Source of the DNA: Deltaproteobacteria bacterium
GTDB taxonomy: Bacteria; Desulfobacterota; GWC2-55-46; DRQE01
Length of the DNA: 64,000 nt
NCBI GenBank assembly: GCA_029858205.1
Contig: JAOUFM010000003.1
Location: 210,936-274,935 of the forward strand
Reading direction: 5' to 3'
In this document: piece after piece, positions 57,213-64,000 of the stretch
Layout of the letters: each line of letters opens with the position of its first letter
Numbering within the stretch: position 1 is the stretch's first letter
Made by a program: the position numbers and the translations under genes
Notes under the pieces: generated by a model
What the model saw: only the letters and a program-made list of their open reading frames with translations
What the model was told of the DNA's origin: nothing
The model's database searches: none

Positions 57213-58016
57213 ATGGTAAAAATAGCGATAACCGGCGCTGCCGGAAGAATGGGCAAGGCCCTTGTAGCCGCAGTAACGCAAAACAACAGCGCAAAACTCG
57301 CGGGCGCGCTCGAAAAAGAAGGGCACGCTGCCGTTGGTAAAGACAGCGGCGAAGCAGCCGGAATAGAGGCAACGGGCGTAAAGATAACCGATTCGCCGGA
57401 AAAGGCGTTCAAGGACGCTGACATTATAATAGACTTTAGCGCTCCTGAGCCGACGCTACGCCACCTGGAAATTGTATCGAGCCTCAAAAAAGGCATCGTA
57501 ATCGGCACTACCGGGTTTTCACGCCATCACAAGGAGAAAATAGGCGAGGCTGCTGCTGCTACGCGCATCGTGCTCTCCCCGAACATGAGTATCGGCGTAA
57601 ACGTGCTCTTTAAGCTCGTTGCCGATTCCGCGCGCGTGCTCGGGCTTGACTACGACATCGAGATAGTCGAGAGCCACCACCGCCACAAGGTGGACGCGCC
57701 CTCGGGCACGGCGATGCGTCTTGCCGAGGTCGCTGCCGAAGCGCTAAAGAGAAACCTGGAAGAAGTTGCGGTCTACGGAAGAAAAGGCATCATAGGAGAA
57801 AGGAAACCCGAAGAGATAGGGATTCAAACGGTTCGCGGCGGCGACATAGTCGGAGACCATACGGTCATGTTCGCCGGAACCGGAGAGAGAATAGAACTAA
57901 TCCACAGGGCGCACACAAGGTCAACGTTCGCCTCCGGAGCCGTACGCGCTGCCATCTGGCTAAACAACAAGGCAAACGGACTCTACGACATGCAGGATGT
58001 GCTGGGACTCAAGTAA
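57213..58016 (+). CDS. dapB: 4-hydroxy-tetrahydrodipicolinate reductase
   Basis: 'KIAITGAAGRMG', 'ESHHRHKVDAPSGTA'. Confidence 0.9.
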   Translation: MVKIAITGAAGRMGKALVAAVTQNNSAKLAGALEKEGHAAVGKDSGEAAGIEATGVKITDSPEKAFKDADIIIDFSAPEPTLRHLEIVSSLKKGIVIGTTGFSRHHKEKIGEAAAATRIVLSPNMSIGVNVLFKLVADSARVLGLDYDIEIVESHHRHKVDAPSGTAMRLAEVAAEALKRNLEEVAVYGRKGIIGERKPEEIGIQTVRGGDIVGDHTVMFAGTGERIELIHRAHTRSTFASGAVRAAIWLNNKANGLYDMQDVLGLK

Positions 58017-58062
58017 AGAAACCTGTCTTAAAAATCGCTAACACCATAAGGAGGTTATTACC

Positions 58063-58878
58063 GTGCTTAAAAGAATTCTTTTTGCGTTTACCCTGACCCT
58101 GATGCTCACAGCTTATTCTTCCCTGGCCCACGCCCTGACAACCGGCGCTCCGGATGTCGCCGAATGCGGCGCGTGCCACAAACTCAACATCGACGAGGCG
58201 GCAAGCCTCCTGGCCGTAGAAAAATTCAACGCCAAGGTCGTATCGGTAAAACCGGCGCAGATACTCGGGCTCTGGGAAGTAACCCTTGAACAGACCAATC
58301 CCCAGGACGCCTCGGTGCGCACAGTCACCGCGTATATGGACTTCGGCAAGAAGATGTTAGTGGAAGCGAGAATGACGCCGCTTTCCTCGCTCGGCGGCAA
58401 CGTCAAGATAGATATATCGAAGATTCCCTCAAAGGACGCCCTTATACTCGGCAACCCAAAGGCCAAGCACAAGGTCTTTATATTTACGGACCCGGACTGC
58501 CCGTATTGCAGAAAATTCCACGCCGAGGCCGTAAAAATAGCAAAGGATTTCAAGGACATAGCCTTTTACATAGTTCTCTTCCCGCTTGACATACACCCGG
58601 GGGCGTACGACAAGGCCCTGGCCATAAACTGCGAGAAATCGGTAAAGCTCCTCGAAGACGCTTTTGAGGGCAAGACGCTCGAGGCGGCAAAATGCGATTC
58701 GAAAAAGACGATAGACGCGAATTTGGCGGCCGGCAAGAACCTCGGCATCAGCGGCACTCCTGCCATCGTGTTCCCGGACGGCACGCTTAATTCCGGAACG
58801 CTGCCTTACGACGCGTTCATAAAGATGTTCGACCGGTTGATGAAGACGAAGTATTCGGAAAAACTCGAAAAGAAGTAG
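58063..58878 (+). CDS. dsbC: Periplasmic DsbC/DsbG-like thiol:disulfide isomerase with an extra N-terminal CXXCH motif
   Basis: Signal peptide; thioredoxin-fold 'DPDCPYCRKFH'; also 'AECGACHKLN' right after the signal peptide. Confidence 0.65.
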   Translation: MLKRILFAFTLTLMLTAYSSLAHALTTGAPDVAECGACHKLNIDEAASLLAVEKFNAKVVSVKPAQILGLWEVTLEQTNPQDASVRTVTAYMDFGKKMLVEARMTPLSSLGGNVKIDISKIPSKDALILGNPKAKHKVFIFTDPDCPYCRKFHAEAVKIAKDFKDIAFYIVLFPLDIHPGAYDKALAINCEKSVKLLEDAFEGKTLEAAKCDSKKTIDANLAAGKNLGISGTPAIVFPDGTLNSGTLPYDAFIKMFDRLMKTKYSEKLEKK

Positions 58879-58902
58879 GCCCGATAGACGGTTTCCCGTA
58901 AA

Positions 58903-58977
58903 TGGAGCCGGCGGGGAGAATCGAACTCCCGACCTACTGATTACGAATCAGTTGCTCTGCCCCTGAGCTACGCCGGC
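58903..58977 (-). tRNA. tRNA-Thr (anticodon CGT)
   Basis: The reverse complement folds as a cloverleaf: acceptor GCCGGCG, D-arm GCTC/GAGC, anticodon stem ACTGA/TCAGT with loop TTCGTAA, T-arm GGGAG-TTCGATT-CTCCC, 3' CCA encoded. Confidence 0.85.
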
Positions 58978-59046
58978 GATGCACGACAATGTAATATAGT
59001 AAAGTAAGGCCGTCCTTTTGTCAAGACCGGGGACGCCTTTTATACC

Positions 59047-60477
59047 ATGGAAACCTCGAGAGAACGAAAAGTCCTCATTGTCGACGACGACCCTCTGATA
59101 GTGGAAATGTCGGCGGCCCTGCTTGCTTCGGAGGGGCACTCGACGCGTCAGGCAAGGACCGGCCTCGAGGCATGCGAAACTGTGCGCTCCTGGCACCCGG
59201 ACGTCATTCTCCTCGACATCTCTCTTCCGATAATGAACGGCATAGAGGCATGCATGCGCATACGCGAGATGCAGCTCCCGCACAGACCTTCCATCATAAT
59301 GATATCGTCCATTTCCGACAAAGCCATCATCGCGGACACGCTTTTAAAAGGCGCCGACGACTTTATAACCAAGCCGTTCATAAAGATCGAGCTCTCTGCC
59401 AGGGTGGCTGCGCAGATCCGCCTCGTTGACATGTACAAGAGTCTCGATGCCGACAGAAGAAACCTCAAGGCCGTACTCGAGGTAACGAACTCGATTGGCA
59501 GTTCGCTAAACACCGCGTCGGTTTTAAGCACGATAGTCGGCAGGGTTGCGGAAATAACAAGCGCGATACGCTGCTCCATCGTGCTTATCTCGACTAACAA
59601 CGACGGTTACGTGCTTGCCTCTCACGAAAACCCGGAATTGAGGGACTTAAAGATAGACCTTTCGAAGTATCCCGAGATACAGCAGGTCATGAAGACTAAA
59701 AAGCCTCTTGCGCTAAACGACATCGCGCTGGATCCGATAATGTCGGGGGTCCAACCGCTTGTTTCCGACCTAAAGGGAATGAGCGTTCTCGTGCTTCCCA
59801 TAATAACCAACGAGGAAGTGCTCGGCACGCTGTTTTTGAGGGCCAGGCGTCTTACCGAAGGATTCTCGTCCGAAGAGATAAGCATCTGCCAGATAATCGC
59901 AAACGCCTCGTACAACGCCATAAGGAACGCCAGGCTCTTCGAGACCGTCGTAACGGAGCGGGAAATACTCAGGGAAATCTCAATTACAGACCAGCTGACA
60001 GGTCTATACAACCACAATTTTTTCTTCGGCAGGCTCGAAGAAGAATTCGACCGCGCCGTGCGCTACGAGAATAACCTTTCGCTTTTAATGATAGACATCG
60101 ACAACTTTAAGGGCATAAACGACCGCTACGGCCACCTTGTCGGCGATAAAGTGCTCTCCGGAATGTCGGAATTGATAAAAAAATGCGTGAGAAAAAGCGA
60201 CCTCGTTGCCAGGTACGGTGGCGAAGAGTTCTCGGTAATACTGCCGCAAACTCCGCTCGACGGCGCATTGACAGAGGCCGATAAGATACGCGCCTCCATT
60301 GCAGAACACAGCTACGGCGGCGTGATAAACGAAAAAGTAACGGTAAGCATCGGTGTGGCAGCCTTGCCGCACAAGACAATCGTTGAACCCGTTGACCTCG
60401 TTAACATCGCGGACAGGGCCCTATACAGGGCAAAAGGTTCGGGAAAGAACCGCGTACTGACCGAACAGACGAACTAA
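59047..60477 (+). CDS. Response regulator with REC-GAF-GGDEF architecture (diguanylate cyclase)
   Basis: REC 'VLIVDDD...DVILLDISLP', GAF middle, GGDEF 'RYGGEEFSVIL'. Confidence 0.8.
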   Translation: METSRERKVLIVDDDPLIVEMSAALLASEGHSTRQARTGLEACETVRSWHPDVILLDISLPIMNGIEACMRIREMQLPHRPSIIMISSISDKAIIADTLLKGADDFITKPFIKIELSARVAAQIRLVDMYKSLDADRRNLKAVLEVTNSIGSSLNTASVLSTIVGRVAEITSAIRCSIVLISTNNDGYVLASHENPELRDLKIDLSKYPEIQQVMKTKKPLALNDIALDPIMSGVQPLVSDLKGMSVLVLPIITNEEVLGTLFLRARRLTEGFSSEEISICQIIANASYNAIRNARLFETVVTEREILREISITDQLTGLYNHNFFFGRLEEEFDRAVRYENNLSLLMIDIDNFKGINDRYGHLVGDKVLSGMSELIKKCVRKSDLVARYGGEEFSVILPQTPLDGALTEADKIRASIAEHSYGGVINEKVTVSIGVAALPHKTIVEPVDLVNIADRALYRAKGSGKNRVLTEQTN

Positions 60478-61757
60478 CGCTTTACCGGACCGTTTATCTT
60501 TATGGCGCAGAGGCTGCCGCACATAGAACAGACCTCCGTATCCGCAGGTGCGGCATTCGACCGCACGTAACGCGCTCTTTCGGGGTCCACGGAAAGCCTT
60601 ATCTGTGTTTCCCAATCGAGCGCCTTTCTTGCCTTGCTAAGCGCAATATCCTTTTCTATCGCTCCCCTGACGCCCTTTGCAACGTCCCCGGCATGCGCTG
60701 CTATTCTCGAAGCTATCACGCCCTGTCTTACGTCCTCGACACCCGGGAGCCCGAGGTGTTCGCTCGGAGTAACATAGCAGAGGAAATCGACTCCTTTACT
60801 CGCCGCTATGGCGCCGCCTATGGCGCTCGTTATATGGTCGTAACCGGGCGCGATGTCAGTAACAAGCGGCCCAAGCACGTAAAACGGCGCTCCGTTACAA
60901 AGCTTCTTTTGCAAGAGCACGTTGGCCTCTATCTGATCTATGGGCATGTGCCCCGGACCTTCTATCATCACCTGCACGCCGGAATCAAAGGCCTCTTTTG
61001 CGAGTTCGCCAAGGGTCATCAGTTCCTCGATTTGCGCCCTATCGGTTGCGTCAACAAGGGCCCCTGGCCTAAGACCGTCGCCAAGGCTTAAAACCATTTC
61101 GTACTTACGCGCGATTTTTACAAGACGCGGAAAATCTTCGTAAAGCGGGTTCTCTTTCTTATTGTAACGCATCCACTCTGCCGTGAGCGCGCCGCCCCTT
61201 GACACTATGCCCATCACGCGCCCCTGCTTATTAAGTCTCTCCACAGAGCGCATCGTAAGCCCCGAGTGCACGGTTATAAAATCAACACCATCCTCGGCAT
61301 GCTTTTCTATTCCATCGAAGAATTCCTCTTTCTCTATCTCTACAAACGATTTTCCTTTTTTAGCCGAATCCATGGCAGCCTGGTATACAGGAACGGTGCC
61401 AACCGGTATCGTGGAGGCAGCCATCACGGCCTTTCTTATGGCGTCGATATCTCCGCCTGTAGATAAATCCATCACAGCGTCGGCACCGGCGTCTATCGCT
61501 GCCTTTAGCTTTTCAAGCTCCATGGCAACGTCCATCCTGTCCTGCGAAGTGCCGATGTTGGCGTTTATCTTTGTCCTCAATCCTTTTCCAATGGCAAGCG
61601 GCTCGATTGCCTTACGCCTTTTCGAGTTGAGCGTGATTACCGCGGTGCCGTCTGCTATGCGGGCCCGCAATGTTTCCGCATCAACTCCTTCTTTTTTAGC
61701 GGTTATCTTTATTTCTTCGGTAATATTACCGCTTTTTGCAGCCTCGATGAGCGTCAT
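60474..61757 (-). CDS. thiC: Phosphomethylpyrimidine synthase
   Basis: Radical-SAM ThiC with C-terminal 'CSMCGSLCAIK'. Confidence 0.9.
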   Translation of the reverse strand: MTLIEAAKSGNITEEIKITAKKEGVDAETLRARIADGTAVITLNSKRRKAIEPLAIGKGLRTKINANIGTSQDRMDVAMELEKLKAAIDAGADAVMDLSTGGDIDAIRKAVMAASTIPVGTVPVYQAAMDSAKKGKSFVEIEKEEFFDGIEKHAEDGVDFITVHSGLTMRSVERLNKQGRVMGIVSRGGALTAEWMRYNKKENPLYEDFPRLVKIARKYEMVLSLGDGLRPGALVDATDRAQIEELMTLGELAKEAFDSGVQVMIEGPGHMPIDQIEANVLLQKKLCNGAPFYVLGPLVTDIAPGYDHITSAIGGAIAASKGVDFLCYVTPSEHLGLPGVEDVRQGVIASRIAAHAGDVAKGVRGAIEKDIALSKARKALDWETQIRLSVDPERARYVRSNAAPADTEVCSMCGSLCAIKINGPVKR

Positions 61758-61771
61758 CTCTTCTTCTCCTG

Positions 61772-62395
61772 TTAAGCGTTTAAGGCACCAAGCAATTGCT
61801 TAGCGCTTTTTTCCGGGTCTTTGCTCGATGCTATGGCGGATATCACCGCAACTCCGCTTGCCCCGGCGTTTATTACTTCACCTATGTTATTTTCCTTTAT
61901 CCCGCCTATAGCAATAAGCGGTATCCTGATAACAGCCGCAGTTTTTTTCACTGGCTCAAGCCCTATGGGGCTTCCGTACGCGGCCTTACTCTCCGTAAAA
62001 TACACCGGCCCAAGCGTTACGAAATCCGCTCCGTCCGCCTCCGCCTTTAAAGCACCTTCGACACTGTGCGCGGACGCGCCTATCAAAAAACCCTTCGGAC
62101 AAATCCTTCTTGCGTCCGTAACAGGCATGCCTGCCTCGCCAAGGTGCGCTCCCTTCGCGCCAGAAGCAAGTGCAACGTCGATTCTATCGTTTACAAAAAC
62201 CTTTGCCCCATACTTGGCGGCAATCGCTTTTACTTTAACGGCAAGCTCGAATAACCTTGCCCCGTCAAGCCCCTTTTCCCTTATCTGCACGGCCCGGACG
62301 CCGGCTAACACTGCTTTTTCAACAACTCCGAGCGTATCAAAGCCTTTATCAGCCATTCCGTTGGTTATGAAATAAAGCTTTCGCTCAGGCCGCAT
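61772..62395 (-). CDS. thiE: Thiamine-phosphate synthase
   Basis: 'LYFITN...VQIREK...IAIGGI', 207 aa. Confidence 0.85.
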   Translation of the reverse strand: MRPERKLYFITNGMADKGFDTLGVVEKAVLAGVRAVQIREKGLDGARLFELAVKVKAIAAKYGAKVFVNDRIDVALASGAKGAHLGEAGMPVTDARRICPKGFLIGASAHSVEGALKAEADGADFVTLGPVYFTESKAAYGSPIGLEPVKKTAAVIRIPLIAIGGIKENNIGEVINAGASGVAVISAIASSKDPEKSAKQLLGALNA

Positions 62396-63167
62396 CCCGT
62401 TTCCAGAGCCGCTTCCAGAATATTACCGCCACTACCGCCAGTATCAGCGCAATGCTAACTATCTGCGCTGCCTTCAAAGGCCCGAGCATCAGGCTGTCGG
62501 CCCTGAATGTTTCGACAAAAAGACGTCCTGCCGAATAAAGCGCGATGTAGAGCGCGAATACGAAGCCGTCTTTTCTTAAATTGTTCTGCTTTCTTATCTT
62601 CAGCCACAAAAACAGAAATATCGAAAAATTTATAAGAAGCTCATAAAGCATCACCGGATGAAGCGGTATGCCCGGATACTCGTCTCCCGCGATACTGCCG
62701 GCGGGGAACACCACGCCCCATGGAAGCGTTGTCGGCATGCCGTGCGCATCCCCGTTCATGAAGTTCCCGAACCGTCCGAACGCCTGCCCGAGTATTCCTG
62801 CCGGAGCAACGCAGTCGGCCATGGACCAGAACTTAACCTGTTTCCTCTTTAAAAAAAGATACCCGCCAAGAAGCCCGCCAATTATGCCGCCGTGTATCGC
62901 AAGCCCGCCGTGCCACACGGCAGGGATTTCCTTCAGATACTTCGAATAGAACTCCCAGTTGAACGCGACATAATATATGCGCGCAACAATTACACCTCCG
63001 GCCACCATCCAGACAACGAAGTTCATCACGTCATCGGGCGTTAGCTTTATCTCCTTACGCTTGACCTCGGACAATATGAGCCTGCTTCCGACCAGTATGG
63101 CTATGACATACATCAGGCCGTAGAAGCGTATCTCTATGGAGCCAAGACTTACAAGTACCGGATGCAC
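62385..63167 (-). CDS. lgt: Prolipoprotein diacylglyceryl transferase
   Basis: 'YGLMYVIAILVG', 'WHGGLAIHGG', 'GRFGNFMNGD' Lgt signature, 260 aa. Confidence 0.85.
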   Translation of the reverse strand: MHPVLVSLGSIEIRFYGLMYVIAILVGSRLILSEVKRKEIKLTPDDVMNFVVWMVAGGVIVARIYYVAFNWEFYSKYLKEIPAVWHGGLAIHGGIIGGLLGGYLFLKRKQVKFWSMADCVAPAGILGQAFGRFGNFMNGDAHGMPTTLPWGVVFPAGSIAGDEYPGIPLHPVMLYELLINFSIFLFLWLKIRKQNNLRKDGFVFALYIALYSAGRLFVETFRADSLMLGPLKAAQIVSIALILAVVAVIFWKRLWKRDAA

Positions 63168-63177
63168 TGCGTTTCTC

Positions 63178-63951
63178 CTATTCTATAAGCCCGCCAAGCG
63201 GGCTCGATGCCGTTGCGTAAAGCTTTCTCGGTATCCTGCCCGCTTTATATGCCAGCCTTCCTGCCTCAACGGCAAAACGCATGGCTTTAGCCATGGCTAC
63301 CGGGTCCTTTGCTCCGGCTATGCCCGTGTTCATCAAAACGCCGTCACACCCGAGCTCCAACGCTATGGCAGCGTCGGAAGCAGTGCCAACACCTGCATCC
63401 ACGATAACCGGCACCTTAATGGTCTCGAGTATTATTCTTATATTATACGGGTTCCGTATGCCAAGACCGCTGCCAATGGGCGCGGCAAGCGGCATCACTG
63501 CGGCGCAGCCGATATCTTCCAACTTCTTCGCCATGATAGGATCGTCGTTGGTATAGGGCAGCACGGTAAAACCTTCCTTAACGAGCTTTCTTGCGGCAAC
63601 GAGCAGTTCCTCATTATCAGGGAAAAGCGTTTTCTCGCTTCCTATGACCTCTAACTTCACGAGCTCTGTTTCAAGCGCCTCTCTGGCGAGCATGGAGGTG
63701 CGAATGGCGTCGTCTGCGGTGTAGCAGGCGGCGGTATTCGGGAGTATCGTATATTTCTTTCTGTCTATGTGCGTAAGAAAGGATTCCTCCTTACCGGTGA
63801 TATCAACGCGGCGCACGGCAACGGTCACGACCTCTGCGCCGGATTCTTCGAGCGCCTTTTTCATTATCTCGTTTGTCGGGTACTTGCCGCTGCCGACCAT
63901 CAGGCGCGACGTAAATTCGTATTTTCCTACTTTAAAAGTATCTTTCATCAT
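63178..63951 (-). CDS. thiG: Thiazole synthase
   Basis: (beta/alpha)8 ThiG '[14 protein letters not shown]', '[14 protein letters not shown]'; RBS GGAGGAT. Confidence 0.9.
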   Translation of the reverse strand: MMKDTFKVGKYEFTSRLMVGSGKYPTNEIMKKALEESGAEVVTVAVRRVDITGKEESFLTHIDRKKYTILPNTAACYTADDAIRTSMLAREALETELVKLEVIGSEKTLFPDNEELLVAARKLVKEGFTVLPYTNDDPIMAKKLEDIGCAAVMPLAAPIGSGLGIRNPYNIRIILETIKVPVIVDAGVGTASDAAIALELGCDGVLMNTGIAGAKDPVAMAKAMRFAVEAGRLAYKAGRIPRKLYATASSPLGGLIE

Positions 63952-63968
63952 ATCCTCCGCTCTGCTTT

Positions 63969-64000
63969 TTATCCTCCGCCTACCATCTTCACTATCTCGA
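63969..64000 (-). CDS. thiS: Sulfur-carrier protein ThiS, 3' end only (5' part lies beyond the window)
   Basis: The reverse strand reads '...EIVKMVGGG*', the diagnostic Gly-Gly C-terminus, with its stop 17 nt before thiG. Confidence 0.5.
   Translation of the reverse strand, partial: EIVKMVGGG

Noticed and set aside
61183-62375. Plus-strand ORFs (206 and 184 aa) inside thiC and thiE
   Set aside because: They are antisense to clearly identified thiamine genes. They are Ser/Ala/Thr-rich.
63136-63654. 172-aa plus-strand ORF inside thiG
   Set aside because: It is antisense to thiG.

Overview
This 64-kb window is bacterial chromosome, about 90% coding, with features of a Gram-negative (diderm) organism: lgt, a DsbC-like protein, an LptM-like lipoprotein, heptose-pathway genes and a Wzm/Wzt exporter. 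It divides into three parts.

(1) Bases 1-17.9 kb hold an ABC-transporter-dependent surface-polysaccharide (O-antigen or capsule type) locus on the minus strand. It encodes a sialic-acid-type NeuC/NeuB/NeuA pathway, GDP-fucose synthesis (Gmd/Fcl), a UDP-sugar 6-dehydrogenase, a GT1 glycosyltransferase and a Capsule_synth-like transferase. It also carries six methyltransferases, three of them FkbM-family and one CmoA-like, Wzm plus a Wzt with a C-terminal extension, and a terminal wHTH regulator.

(2) Bases 18.1-24.2 kb hold a tightly packed five-gene plus-strand cassette that I cannot assign to any described system. Its genes are: a soluble FtsH-like AAA+/M41 zinc protease with a Ycf46-like N-terminal domain and no membrane anchor; two small charged proteins reminiscent of DUF1257/Ycf35 and DUF2997; an orphan NrdG-family radical-SAM activase with no nrdD partner; and a 927-aa protein joining an N-terminal helical-repeat domain to an Hsp70/actin-fold ATPase. 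This is the main candidate for a novel system.

(3) Bases 24-64 kb are core housekeeping: rfaE(II)-comF-histidine kinase-PAS sensor operon, ftsY, cysS, ispDF, carD, glnB-glnA with a sigma-54 promoter, and a NYN-domain gene. There follow three tandem TMTC-like GT-C/TPR glycosyltransferase paralogs beside a Dpm1-like GT2, rqcH-like, a YhcC radical SAM, an M29 aminopeptidase, mtgA, a frameshifted gmhA, argH, lysA-dapF-dapA-dapB, dsbC-like, tRNA-Thr(CGT), a REC-GAF-GGDEF regulator and thiS-thiG-lgt-thiE-thiC.

No CRISPR array, IS element or integrase was seen. All calls rest on reading the translated ORFs and the DNA by eye; no database search was possible.
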